Sequence record: SRR20825019_1298
Reading direction: 5' to 3' (one strand)
DNA length: 64,000 bases
Part shown: positions 53,461-63,857 of the stretch, piece after piece
How positions within the stretch are numbered: position 1 is the first letter of the stretch
Layout: the number at the start of each line of letters is the position of its first letter
The notes under the pieces: generated by a model
The model's input: only the letters and a program-made list of their open reading frames with translations
The model's database searches: none
Told to the model about the DNA's origin: nothing
Made by a program: the position numbers and the translations under genes

Positions 53461-55362
53461 ATGGTACAAAAAATAGAACATAATGACTTGGCCTGGCGCG
53501 GGAATTCACCCGTGTCGACCGCGTTTGACGATGTCTATTACTCAGCTGACAACGGCCTTGAGGAGACCAAGCATGTTTTCCTGCACGGTATCGGCGCCCC
53601 TGACGTATGGATGGGGCGCGATCATTATGTCATCGCTGAAACCGGTTTTGGAACAGGGCTCAACTTTCTTGCCACCTGGCGCGCGTTCAAGGAAAGCGGT
53701 GCCAAGGGCCGCTTGACGTTCATTTCAGCTGAGGGGTTTCCTCTTACTGAAGACGCTCTCCGCAGTGCCCATGAAACATTTCCCGAAATCGCGACCTATT
53801 CCCAGCAACTGTGCGCCGCATGGCCACCCGCCTCTGACGGATTCCACCCCCGCATTTTTGAGGACGGGCGTATAACCCTGCTTTTGCTTTTTGGCGATGC
53901 CCCCAATGCCCTCAGCCGCCTTAATGCAAAGGTGGACGCCTGGTTTTTAGACGGCTTCGCGCCGGCAAAAAATCCAGCCATGTGGTCGGCTGAAATCCTT
54001 GACCAAGTGGCACGGCTCGCAAAACCCGGCACCAAACTAGCCACTTTCACCGCTGCGGGTTTCGTGCGACGCGGCCTATCTGAGCGTGGTTTTGAAATCG
54101 TCAAGGCACCGGGATACGGACGCAAACGTGAACGCCTGATTGGTGAAGCACAAGCGCCCCTCCCCCTCACTCAGTGCACCCACTCGACCGTTCCGGAATG
54201 GGCCACATTGCCACCGCAGTCCGAGGGACCGTTTGTGGTCGTTGGCGCGGGTGTCGCCGGGCGCTCTGTCGCTTACGCACTTGCGCGACGCGGCAAAGCT
54301 GTGACGCTACTTCACGATCCTGCATCCCCTAGCGCGAGCACAGTACCCGCCGCGATCCTGGCGCCCCGGTTTATTCTGGGCGAACAGTCTCATGCAGATT
54401 TTTTCACAAGCGCCTACGCGTTTGCCCTCGTACACCCATCATTTGCCGGTCATTGGGCAGATGTCGCCAGCGTAGACCTGTTGACAAAAAGTGACGCTGC
54501 GAGGGAACGATACTCAAAACTGGTGGCGCACCTGAACTGGTCTACAGATTGGCTAACGTGGGACGGTGAGACACTGCATCTGCCCAGAGGCGGCGCGATC
54601 GCAACACAGTCCGCGCTCAATGCCCTGACCGCCGATATCGACATGCGCGCGTTCCGGATCGATGCTCTTGAGCAGGTCGGCAGTATATGGCGCCTGACCG
54701 ATCATACCACAGGCGAAAGCATTGAAGCCGCCCATGTTGTACTCGCAACCGGCGTGAGCACCGTAGGTGTTGACCAGAGCCTCTCCAAACCTGAGATACG
54801 TCCAAACAAAGGGCAAGTCGAACTCCTTCGTGATGACGAGCTTGGACACGCCCCACCCGTCTCGCTCAATTATGGCGGCTACCTGACGGCAGCAACCGCC
54901 GGCATTCGGACATTGGGTTCGACCTTTGAAAAGATAGTTGAGGTGCGGGAGCGAGATTATGCGCCAAATGACACTAGCCGTATCGCAATAGAAGAACAGT
55001 TTTCAGCGGCAACCGGGCTGCGCATACCCGCAACGGCGCACAGAGCCAGTTGGGCAGGCGTACGCGCCACAACAGCAGACCATATGCCCTACGTCGGCGC
55101 ATTGTATAACACTAACCAGATATTGAGGCAGTACGCAGCGTTAGCCAAGGATGCCAAAACGGTTAAACTCGGCCCCTCTGAGCCATTGAGCGGCATCAGC
55201 GTTCTTACAGGCCTTGGCGCCAAGGGGTTCCAGTATGGCCCAATCTTGGGTGAATTTCTTGCTGCCAGCTTATGCGGTGACCCTCTTCCGTTGCCGGAAG
55301 ACCATATCGCGGCACTTCATCCGCTCAGACAGGTTATAAAAGCGATCAAAAGAAGCAACTAA
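53461..55362 (+). CDS. mnmC: Bifunctional tRNA mnm5s2U34 methyltransferase/FAD oxidoreductase
   Basis: FDDVYYS, ETGFGTGLN, DAWFLDGFAPAKNP, then a GAGVAG FAD domain. Confidence 0.93.
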   Translation: MVQKIEHNDLAWRGNSPVSTAFDDVYYSADNGLEETKHVFLHGIGAPDVWMGRDHYVIAETGFGTGLNFLATWRAFKESGAKGRLTFISAEGFPLTEDALRSAHETFPEIATYSQQLCAAWPPASDGFHPRIFEDGRITLLLLFGDAPNALSRLNAKVDAWFLDGFAPAKNPAMWSAEILDQVARLAKPGTKLATFTAAGFVRRGLSERGFEIVKAPGYGRKRERLIGEAQAPLPLTQCTHSTVPEWATLPPQSEGPFVVVGAGVAGRSVAYALARRGKAVTLLHDPASPSASTVPAAILAPRFILGEQSHADFFTSAYAFALVHPSFAGHWADVASVDLLTKSDAARERYSKLVAHLNWSTDWLTWDGETLHLPRGGAIATQSALNALTADIDMRAFRIDALEQVGSIWRLTDHTTGESIEAAHVVLATGVSTVGVDQSLSKPEIRPNKGQVELLRDDELGHAPPVSLNYGGYLTAATAGIRTLGSTFEKIVEVRERDYAPNDTSRIAIEEQFSAATGLRIPATAHRASWAGVRATTADHMPYVGALYNTNQILRQYAALAKDAKTVKLGPSEPLSGISVLTGLGAKGFQYGPILGEFLAASLCGDPLPLPEDHIAALHPLRQVIKAIKRSN

Positions 55363-55973
55363 CCTGCGTCTTCCTCCTCAAGCTGTTTGGCAATGTCTTG
55401 CAATTCCTCAAGTTCAGATTGCTTCTTTTTCATGTAAGGCCATAGGGCAACCATCACCACGATCAGCGCTATTAGGGCGGCCCCGATGGTATATTTCACT
55501 CGCAAAAGCTCGTCCGCAGCGATGTTTGGGTCTTCATCCACAATTGTCCACCATGCGAGTGGCAGCATGGCAAACGACACCAAGCCCAGCCAATAATTCG
55601 CCTTCACATACAATATGGCCGATTTGGCCCGCCGTATTTGCAACACCACCAGTGACTGCGCTGTATCGCCCGGATGCCCCCAAGCCCCACGCCTGATACG
55701 AAAGGCCGCATAAATACCCCCGGAACTTAAAAGCCATGCCGAGAAGGCAAAAATATATGTCGCCAAGGTGGTCGCTCGATACAATAAATAGAGCGTCACG
55801 ACAAAACCAACGCTACACATCAGCAGCTCGATGACGAAATTCACCCGCATGCGCCACCATACAAACCGGGCTTTTTTCGCCATTCTATCCATATCAACGG
55901 GAGGGCTATCCTGCCACAATTGTTGCAAGTTGTCCCAATTTGGAGCTTCCAGCATGTCCTGGTTGTTATCCAT
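55359..55973 (-). CDS. Membrane protein, putative anti-sigma factor
   Basis: N-terminal LQQLWQ, 4 TMs, C-terminal coiled coil. Overlaps the ECF sigma stop. Confidence 0.7.
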   Translation of the reverse strand: MDNNQDMLEAPNWDNLQQLWQDSPPVDMDRMAKKARFVWWRMRVNFVIELLMCSVGFVVTLYLLYRATTLATYIFAFSAWLLSSGGIYAAFRIRRGAWGHPGDTAQSLVVLQIRRAKSAILYVKANYWLGLVSFAMLPLAWWTIVDEDPNIAADELLRVKYTIGAALIALIVVMVALWPYMKKKQSELEELQDIAKQLEEEDAG

Positions 55974-56502
55974 TATGCGCACCTGTCTTGCGTGGTTCCA
56001 TCCCGGTTTGTTTTGGCCTATCAGGTCTACCGAGGCTTACTTTTAGAACGTCCTTAGCCCGATTAAATCTCACCATCGCGTTATTTTCAGAGATGCCAAG
56101 CGCCTCAGCGATCTCCCGATGAGAAAAACCTTCAAGAGCCAGAGTGGTCACCTGCCTGAGATTGAGGGGTAGTTCTCGCACCGCAGCCAGCAGGTTTTGT
56201 CGCATCTGCTCTCTCGCCATATGTTCATCCGGCGCAAGAACATCGCTCTCCAGCTTCTCATCAAGAACTGTCTGGCGCGGTGCCTTGGCGGCCTTTGATA
56301 CATGTGTGATGCATTTGTTCTGGGCAACTCTGGCGATATAGCCTTTCAAGCTGCCATCTCCACGAAACTTGGGCAGCGCTTGCCAAAGAGCCAAAGAGAC
56401 TTCCTGCAACAATTCCTGCTGTTGGGCCGGGTCCGCCTCATAGGAAGCGACGATCCGGCCCAGCATGGGCCCGTGTGATTGTAATGTGGCCTTAAAGTCC
56501 AC
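55966..56502 (-). CDS. ECF RNA polymerase sigma factor
   Basis: Region 2 ELLQEV..LWQ..F, region 4 LEGFSHREIAEALGIS. Confidence 0.93.
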   Translation of the reverse strand: MDFKATLQSHGPMLGRIVASYEADPAQQQELLQEVSLALWQALPKFRGDGSLKGYIARVAQNKCITHVSKAAKAPRQTVLDEKLESDVLAPDEHMAREQMRQNLLAAVRELPLNLRQVTTLALEGFSHREIAEALGISENNAMVRFNRAKDVLKVSLGRPDRPKQTGMEPRKTGAHNG

Positions 56503-56530
56503 CAGAGTAGTCCCACCCCATATAGCTCTG

Positions 56531-57709
56531 TTAGCTATCCGCGATCATATGCTCGCTTGAAAGCCGTTTCGAAGTCAGCATAAGGCAAAGGGCGGTCCCC
56601 GCAAGCCCTGCCATTATCGCAGAGCCCGTCACCTGAGGGTTTATAACGCCATCAAAGAATATGCTGCTTAGGCTTTCCATGTCCGAGAAGATTGGCAGAT
56701 AGTTCACAAATCCCGGCAGCTTGCTTTCGCCGTATATCTTTGAATACCCCACGAAGACCGGAACGATCATCATCATGGACATGTATGTCTGGCCTTCTTT
56801 AAAGCTCTTGGCATGAATGCTCACGGCCATCTGAAGAGATGCCACAAACATGCAAAGCGTCGCCACCTGAAGCCCAGCCATCAGAAGGCCCGGCACTGTT
56901 ACCTTAAGTGCGAATGGCAGCAAATCCGGCGGAAGGAAACTAATTGTCACGAGGTTTAACGTCGCTGTTGCAACGGTACCCACGAGCCCGAATGTCGCCA
57001 CCATGGCCCATTTACCAAGGGTGAGAGACATGCCACTTATGGGCTGGGCCATTAATGTCGCCAAACTTTGTTTCTCACGCTCGCCAGCAAGTGCATCCAG
57101 TGCCACACTGAGACCAACAACAAATGGCGCGAGCGCAAAGATCAACATGAGCATATTACCCATGACTTTGTTGATAAAACTCGTTTTGGAGATATCAGCC
57201 AGCGACAGCGAGATTGGAGACAACAGGCCTACAGGCACGCCACGGCTTATTACACGAATACCCGCCACATGATTGCCGTACGACAGTATGGCGCTTCGAA
57301 TATCCTCGCCGCGTTCTGTTGAAACACGGGAAGTTTCATCAACATACAGAAGGGCTTTTGCCTGGCGTCCTTCTTTCAGGGCCGCACTATAATCCGCCTC
57401 CAGTACAAGGAACGCGTCAGCGCCCTGCGGGATATTTTCCGGTGCAATAGCTGTATCCTCGTCCGCTGCATCAACAACCTCGTATCCGTCGCGCTCCAGA
57501 TAGGCAACGAGCCCGGGTGCCTGAGCCATACCGTCGATAGCAACGGATGATTTAACGTTCTCTCCCCGGTCGTCCGACATCAGGAAGAAGAGAAACGCAA
57601 ACATGACCGGCACACCAAGCACATAGGACAAAATCGCTATTAGCGCCCTCTTGTCTCGGACCATGTCCCGCATTTCCTTGCGGTATACTGTTAATATTTG
57701 AGCGTTCAT
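56531..57709 (-). CDS. ABC-2 permease (NatB-like)
   Basis: KEMRDMVRDKR, AGEREKQSL..L...P, LGK. Confidence 0.9.
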   Translation of the reverse strand: MNAQILTVYRKEMRDMVRDKRALIAILSYVLGVPVMFAFLFFLMSDDRGENVKSSVAIDGMAQAPGLVAYLERDGYEVVDAADEDTAIAPENIPQGADAFLVLEADYSAALKEGRQAKALLYVDETSRVSTERGEDIRSAILSYGNHVAGIRVISRGVPVGLLSPISLSLADISKTSFINKVMGNMLMLIFALAPFVVGLSVALDALAGEREKQSLATLMAQPISGMSLTLGKWAMVATFGLVGTVATATLNLVTISFLPPDLLPFALKVTVPGLLMAGLQVATLCMFVASLQMAVSIHAKSFKEGQTYMSMMMIVPVFVGYSKIYGESKLPGFVNYLPIFSDMESLSSIFFDGVINPQVTGSAIMAGLAGTALCLMLTSKRLSSEHMIADS

Positions 57710-58461
57710 GCGACGGCCCTCCCATGGGTATCAGTTGCTTGGTCGTGTACTTCAGTGATGTATACGAACGCCTCCTCGAGGTTTGGCTGACCGCTTTGGG
57801 TGATAAGCTCCTTTGGTGTGCCCGCTGCACACAGCTCGCCAGCGGCAATCATCACTACCTGATCAGACAATATCTCTACCTCTGCCATCACGTGTGATGA
57901 CAGCAAAACACAGTGTCCCTGCTTCTTGAGGTCAAGTAGCGTTTCTCGAAGCAACCGTATGGCCATAACGTCAAGGCCACGGGTAGGCTCATCAAGCACG
58001 ATGTTCTGTGGCTGATGCACTATTGCCCCGGCAAGCGCGACCTTCATCCGCTGCCCTTGGCTGAAACCCGCGGTACGCCGATCCAGAATATCAGACATAT
58101 GCAACTGCCCCGCGACACGCTCTACAGCCTCGTCGCGCGCCTTGCCTCTCAGTCCATGCAGCTCAGCAAAATACCCAATGTGCTCTCGCGTTGTCAGCCT
58201 CGTATAAAGACCAAACTGATCCGGGAAAATGCCGAGCCTTCGCTGTGCCTTGAGAGGCTCCTTCGCGACATCGATACCATCAACATGGATCGAACCAGTG
58301 GCAGGTTTCATAAGCCCTGAAACCGCACGCAAAGTGGTAGATTTACCTGACCCGTTGGCACCCAACAGCGTCGTGATCACACCGTCCCCAGCCTGAAAGC
58401 TCAGGTTCTTAACGGCCACCACATCACCAAAGTTTTTTGCAATATTCTCTACTATAATCAT
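57706..58461 (-). CDS. ABC ATP-binding protein (NatA-like)
   Basis: GANGSGKST, FSQGQ, LDEPT.GLD. Confidence 0.93.
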   Translation of the reverse strand: MIIVENIAKNFGDVVAVKNLSFQAGDGVITTLLGANGSGKSTTLRAVSGLMKPATGSIHVDGIDVAKEPLKAQRRLGIFPDQFGLYTRLTTREHIGYFAELHGLRGKARDEAVERVAGQLHMSDILDRRTAGFSQGQRMKVALAGAIVHQPQNIVLDEPTRGLDVMAIRLLRETLLDLKKQGHCVLLSSHVMAEVEILSDQVVMIAAGELCAAGTPKELITQSGQPNLEEAFVYITEVHDQATDTHGRAVA

Positions 58462-58470
58462 ATCAGCCCC

Positions 58471-59940
58471 CTAATTCGTCGCGCCGTTAAGTCCAGTCGC
58501 GAAAGGCAACCGTTTCAAGTGCTCAAAACATGAAACGTCGAGCGCCCCTGCGTCCAAGTCCTCGAGGAACTCAGCCATCAACCCGGGCATACAGGCAATA
58601 TGTCCGGTGTTATGGCCCGTGGCAGGAACCACAATGTGCCTGCCATTAGGAAAGCCTTTTACAAAATGATCCCCCATACTTGGCGGCGTGATCGGGTCAA
58701 GGTCTCCTGAGAGCACGAGCGCGGGCACATTTCCGCTAATCGGCTCGAACGCGTCTGGGGCAGCAGCAGCACTTTCCCACCCCCTGCATCCAGCGCTCCA
58801 GAACCGGTAATAGGTGTCGCCTGCGAAACTGCTTTCACCCAGTGATTTGGCTTCGCCAGCTTCTACCCTTGAAATTTCGTCACCACACAGGATGGAAAAT
58901 GTAGCCCCCAGAAACATGGTGTCCGATACCGCCGTGCCACCCAGGAGGGCGGAGATCAGTGGTTTCAGATTTCCCTTCGCCGCCTCACCGATGACAAGAG
59001 GAATGTAGGTGGTTTGGTCCGCCGCATAAAAGGATGACCGCAGCGCCTCGACAACAAGGCCCCTGCCAATGTCCAGTTTTATCGGCTTGCCGCTAACAGG
59101 GTCTGGCCCCTGATAGGAGAGGTTTCCGGCCTCCGCCTGCGTCAACAGGTTATCAAGTTGCCCGCTCAGGTCTGGATAAGTGTTTGCGCAGGACGTATTG
59201 CTTTCACAATCGACCACGATCATCTGCATGGCACGGTCCGCATTAGCTGCAACCGTCGCAAACAAAGGAACATCTGGTGGCAACACACCATCAACAATGA
59301 TGCTGCGCACTCGTTCAGGATAGCGTTTCAGATAAAGCGCGACTGTTCTGGTGCCATACGATCCACCCCAAAGGTTGAGCTGCTCGTACCCTAGACGCTT
59401 ACGTATTTCATCTGTATCTCTGACCACATTTTCCATCGTGATCAAGGCAGTGTTTGCAGACGTTGCTGCCATGCAATCCTGGGCCAGCTCTGTAAAACGT
59501 TCGAGCGGATACGGCATTTCCTCGCTTTCACACCGAATACCGAACGACCGCCCTGTACCACGCTGATCTATCAGCAAAATATCGCGTTTGGCCCGTATAT
59601 CTTTGAAAGCCAGCCTGACAAGCGCACCATAATCTCCCGCAGCTTGCCCCGGCCCGCCGGCAAATATCACAAACGGGTCTTTTTCAGGAGAGCCTGACTT
59701 GGCAGACAAGTGGGTCAGGTGAATTTGTACCTGCTGACCACTGGGGTCGGCATAGTTTTCAGGCAAGTCTACCTGGGCACAGCTCACCCGTTCCTTAAGC
59801 CCGCGCACATAACAGGGCGAAAACTCAACTGGCTCTATGCTGGGTTCATCTGCACGCGCGCCTGCCTGTACCGTCAGAACGGGTACAAGCCAAACGCCGG
59901 TCATTATTGTCGCAACTCGGATTATTTTTTTCACGGTCAT
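58471..59940 (-). CDS. Secreted alpha/beta hydrolase (TAP-like peptidase)
   Basis: Signal peptide, GGPG, DQRGTG, GGSYG, DPITP, GH. Confidence 0.9.
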   Translation of the reverse strand: MTVKKIIRVATIMTGVWLVPVLTVQAGARADEPSIEPVEFSPCYVRGLKERVSCAQVDLPENYADPSGQQVQIHLTHLSAKSGSPEKDPFVIFAGGPGQAAGDYGALVRLAFKDIRAKRDILLIDQRGTGRSFGIRCESEEMPYPLERFTELAQDCMAATSANTALITMENVVRDTDEIRKRLGYEQLNLWGGSYGTRTVALYLKRYPERVRSIIVDGVLPPDVPLFATVAANADRAMQMIVVDCESNTSCANTYPDLSGQLDNLLTQAEAGNLSYQGPDPVSGKPIKLDIGRGLVVEALRSSFYAADQTTYIPLVIGEAAKGNLKPLISALLGGTAVSDTMFLGATFSILCGDEISRVEAGEAKSLGESSFAGDTYYRFWSAGCRGWESAAAAPDAFEPISGNVPALVLSGDLDPITPPSMGDHFVKGFPNGRHIVVPATGHNTGHIACMPGLMAEFLEDLDAGALDVSCFEHLKRLPFATGLNGATN

Positions 59941-60044
59941 CTCCTCTAGAACCGAAGCTCACAAGCTAACAGTCCCTTAGAGGAGAAAAACCTTACAAAA
60001 TATTTTCGCTCGATCTTAAAACACCGACTGCAAAACCACGCGGT

Positions 60045-62060
60045 TCAAAGTCGTCGCTTTTCTTCAACCCCTTCCAGCACTTGTTCTTTGAGCCGCCCAG
60101 CAAGTTCATTCAGGTGATCAAATTCATGCTCAAAAGTTCCAATTCCCTGAGTTACAGAACGGAGCTCAATTATAAGATCCTGCATTTCAGAAGCAGGCAT
60201 CTGCGCCTCAATCTGGTCCCAACCGGGCCAACCATCGCGTACGTCAAAGCCCATGATCTGCCCTCGCCTGCTGGTGATCATACCATTAATTTTTGCCATA
60301 TAGCTGCTTGGGGCCATCACGCGCACATGCTCAATAGGCTCAAGAAGCACGGGCTCACACCCCGGCAAGGCATCCGCCATCGCCATACGGCCCGCTGTTT
60401 TAAACGCCATATCTGAACTGTCCACGTTATGATACTGGCCGTCCTGCAGTGTGACCGACACATCCACCACCGGAAAACCAAGCGGCCCTTGTTTCAGGTA
60501 TTCCTTCACGCCAGCCTCAACACTTGGGATATATTGTTTCGGGATTGATCCTCCGTGAATTTTCTCAGAAAATTCAAAGCCTTGTCCCAGCCCTTTTGGA
60601 CTGACCTCGATGACCACATCACCAAATTGACCATGGCCGCCACTTTGTTTCTTGTATCGGGTGTGCTGAACCTTGGACCGTCTGATTGTTTCTTTATAGG
60701 GCACCTGCGGGAAGCTGAACGTAACACCAACACCGTATTTCTCGCTCAACCGGGCCATGGCCGTCCGCATGTGAATTTCACCCTGCCCCCATAGCAGCAA
60801 TTGGCCAGTATCTTCACGGTGCTCAACTTCAAATGACGGGTCTTCTTCGACCAACCGACTAAGCGCATCGGAAAGCTTTGCTTCGTCCTTCCTGTCATGC
60901 ACCGTTATAGCCTGCGCATAGACAGGATGAAGCTTTTGCGGCCGTGGCGCGCCCGGTGCACCAATCGTATCCCCCGTCGTCAAGCCTTCCAGGCGTGGGA
61001 TGGCGATGACATCGCCCACTCCTGCTTTTGAAGCTTTTTTCAGGTCTGCACCATCAACGGCAAATAGCCCGCTGACTTTTGTGCCCGCCGTCGTCATCCC
61101 GTCTGACAAGCCGCCGCTTAACACCCGTGCGAATGAAAGTTTTCCCATGTGTGGCAGATACTTGGTTTTAAGGACATAAGCTGCGGGCTCAGAAGTTACT
61201 TCCGGCAGCATGCGCGTGGCCGCCAACTCAAACCCGGGCATCTCATGACGCAACGCTTTCATCAGACGACGCAACCCGAACGAATTGATAGCACTTCCCA
61301 TCAGGACCGGCATGATCCGGCCTTCCTTAAGGTCTTTAGCCAGATCTGAGAAGATTTCTTCCGCCTGTGGGTCAATGTCTTCCAACAGTTCTTCCATCAG
61401 GTCGTCATGAAAATCCGCCAACCGTTCCATCATTTGGAAACGTTCATCATTCACCTGCTCAATGTAGCTGGACGCAGTTTCAGTGATCTCAAAGCTGCCA
61501 TCAGCGCCGTAGGAGTATGCGCGGCGGGCAGCAAGATCAACAAAACCGCTGATCTCACCATCCTCCCTGATGGGAACGTGACGCAAAACAGACGGCAACG
61601 CGCTGACTTCGTCCAGCGCCTGTGCGATATCCCTGATGTGGACATTGCTGTGGTCGATTTTGTTGATAAACAGAAGGTGTGGGATGCCCTCTGCTTCAAG
61701 CTCATGCAACAGCGGGCTAAGCGACTGGATTTTATCTGGTTCCGGATCAGCAACCACCACAGCAACATCGGCAGAGTGCACTGCAAACCGTGTTTCCTGC
61801 AACAACTCTATAGAGCCCGGACAGTCTAGGAAAATATAGCGGTCACCCAGGTACTCTGCGCTTGCGACATTGGCATCAACCCCCATCGAAAGCGCTTTTG
61901 CTTCAACACTATCGTCACCAAAAACCCGCTCACCATTTGCACGGCGGCGGGTTGTCTTTGTCATATAAAGAATATTTTCGAGAAGTGTGGTTTTACCACT
62001 TGAGTATGGGCCCACGAGTGCAACTACCCGCGGGCATTTCTGAGTGCCATTGATCATCAT
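60045..62060 (-). CDS. Elongation factor G-like protein (divergent EF-G paralog)
   Basis: Full EF-G domain set (EEDPS, GEIH, KKQSGGHGQF, YHNVDSS, LLEP) with degenerate G motifs. Confidence 0.93.
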   Translation of the reverse strand: MMINGTQKCPRVVALVGPYSSGKTTLLENILYMTKTTRRRANGERVFGDDSVEAKALSMGVDANVASAEYLGDRYIFLDCPGSIELLQETRFAVHSADVAVVVADPEPDKIQSLSPLLHELEAEGIPHLLFINKIDHSNVHIRDIAQALDEVSALPSVLRHVPIREDGEISGFVDLAARRAYSYGADGSFEITETASSYIEQVNDERFQMMERLADFHDDLMEELLEDIDPQAEEIFSDLAKDLKEGRIMPVLMGSAINSFGLRRLMKALRHEMPGFELAATRMLPEVTSEPAAYVLKTKYLPHMGKLSFARVLSGGLSDGMTTAGTKVSGLFAVDGADLKKASKAGVGDVIAIPRLEGLTTGDTIGAPGAPRPQKLHPVYAQAITVHDRKDEAKLSDALSRLVEEDPSFEVEHREDTGQLLLWGQGEIHMRTAMARLSEKYGVGVTFSFPQVPYKETIRRSKVQHTRYKKQSGGHGQFGDVVIEVSPKGLGQGFEFSEKIHGGSIPKQYIPSVEAGVKEYLKQGPLGFPVVDVSVTLQDGQYHNVDSSDMAFKTAGRMAMADALPGCEPVLLEPIEHVRVMAPSSYMAKINGMITSRRGQIMGFDVRDGWPGWDQIEAQMPASEMQDLIIELRSVTQGIGTFEHEFDHLNELAGRLKEQVLEGVEEKRRL

Positions 62061-62377
62061 TTCCTCCGTCCCAGGACATCAACCATTAATGGCGGAGCAA
62101 AGCTCCGTCGGTTTAGGACACAGGCATGTAAAATGAGCGGATAAATATGGTACCAGAGCCAGAGATAATTTCAAAAGGGCGGTGTATTCCCGGCCTCACT
62201 CCATCAAACGACATTGATATGCTTGAGCTTTTACGAGTGTGCTCAGAACGGCACTAACGGTGCTGGAACACAAATTACCTTCACGCGAGTCGTATTAACG
62301 TCAATCACCAGCGTTGCTATTCCCGCAGTGCAACATTATCTATGAAGCTGTATTTGGTAAACAGATTGGTGGGTATA

Positions 62378-63310
62378 ATGCTTAAGAGCTCTGCTGTTGA
62401 AATCGTTGAGGTTGGTGCACGTGATGGCCTGCAAAACGAGAAAATCCTTTTCACGACCGAGCAGAAGCATGCGCTGATCACGCGCGCCATGGACGCTGGG
62501 CTTAAGCGGCTGGAAGTTGCGAGTTTTGTGCACCCCAAGTTGGTTCCTCAAATGGCCGATGCTGAAGCAGTTGTGGAAAGCCTGCCTGATATAGCTGGCG
62601 TCGAATATATCGGCCTGGTTCTTAATAAACGGGGTTACCTGCGCGCGATTGCCACACGGGAGGGGAACAAACGCGGTGTTGATGAAGTTGGTTGCGTGGT
62701 AACTGCCTCAACTACCTTCGGGCAAAAAAACCAGGGCCAAACCCGTGAGGAATCTATCACTGTTGCAAAGGAGATCATCAAGCTCGCGAAACGCGATGAC
62801 CTTCAAGCTCAGGTGACCGTGTCAACCGCATTTGGCTGCCCTTTTGAAGGTGAAGTCTCCAAACAGACCGTCGTAGATATGATCAAAGAACTTGCAGACG
62901 CCGAACCGAGAGAAATAGCGATTGCAGATACCATCGGGGTTGCTACCCCAAAGGATGTCAGCCAGCTTGTTGCCATGATCCGGGATGCCCTTCCCGACGT
63001 TACCTTGCGGGCCCACTTCCACAATACCCGCAACACCGGCATCGCCAATGCATGGGCCGCTTATGAAGCTGGTATACGAATTCTGGATAGCTCGATCGCA
63101 GGCCTTGGAGGCTGTCCGTTCGCTCCGAGGGCTACGGGCAATATTGGCACTGAAGACTTGCTCTACCTACTTGAGCGGTCAGGAGTTGAAACCGGCGTAG
63201 AACTAGAAAAAGCCATTCAACTGGGCGAATGGGTAGAAACTATTCTAGGCCGAGCGGTCCCTGCCATGGTGACTCATGCTGGCGGTTTTCCTCAACCTGC
63301 CACCAAGTAA
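62378..63310 (+). CDS. Hydroxymethylglutaryl-CoA lyase
   Basis: RDGLQNE, ADTIG, HFHNT, GLGGCPFAP. Confidence 0.94.
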   Translation: MLKSSAVEIVEVGARDGLQNEKILFTTEQKHALITRAMDAGLKRLEVASFVHPKLVPQMADAEAVVESLPDIAGVEYIGLVLNKRGYLRAIATREGNKRGVDEVGCVVTASTTFGQKNQGQTREESITVAKEIIKLAKRDDLQAQVTVSTAFGCPFEGEVSKQTVVDMIKELADAEPREIAIADTIGVATPKDVSQLVAMIRDALPDVTLRAHFHNTRNTGIANAWAAYEAGIRILDSSIAGLGGCPFAPRATGNIGTEDLLYLLERSGVETGVELEKAIQLGEWVETILGRAVPAMVTHAGGFPQPATK

Positions 63311-63322
63311 GACAGTCGAGAG

Positions 63323-63355
63323 CCCGGAAGATCGACCTGGGAGCGACCTTCCGGG
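63323..63355 (-). terminator. Stem-loop between convergent genes
   Basis: CCCGGAAGGTCG-N9-CGATCTTCCGGG on the minus strand. U-tract weak. Confidence 0.6.
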
Positions 63356-63371
63356 GTGTAACTTATGGCCG

Positions 63372-63857
63372 TTATTTCGCTTCTGCAACAAGCCTGTTAT
63401 GATCCGCTTCAAGGGAAGCCAACGCACTCACCGTAAGATCGTTTGAACTGATATCTTCCGCGCGGCGATAATCAGCATGTGCAGCTTCATAGCTACCTTT
63501 GGCTTTGTAAACATTGCCTCGGTTCACATAAGCCCGCCAGAAATGACGATCCTCACCGATGGCGCGGCTGCAATGCTCCTCAGCCGAAGCCAGTTCACCA
63601 AGCGCATACTCAACAGCACACAGGTTTGATAGCGCAGGCACAAGACGCTCTGTGCCAAGGTCTGCCCTGACGGCCCGGCGAAGGTGCTTCGCCGCCGACT
63701 TCAGATTGCCTTGACGAAGCGATTCCATACCGCGCTCAAGATTACCGTTCTCGCTCAGATACAGGGTTTTCGTTGATTGCGCTTCCGCATTAACTGAAAC
63801 AACTGAAACCGCAAACACCAGACCTGCTATCGCTACCGCCTTTGAAATTTTAAACAT
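63372..63857 (-). CDS. Secreted tetratricopeptide repeat protein
   Basis: Signal peptide, TPR-like ALSNLC and AYVNRG...A..DY..A. Confidence 0.85.
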   Translation of the reverse strand: MFKISKAVAIAGLVFAVSVVSVNAEAQSTKTLYLSENGNLERGMESLRQGNLKSAAKHLRRAVRADLGTERLVPALSNLCAVEYALGELASAEEHCSRAIGEDRHFWRAYVNRGNVYKAKGSYEAAHADYRRAEDISSNDLTVSALASLEADHNRLVAEAK

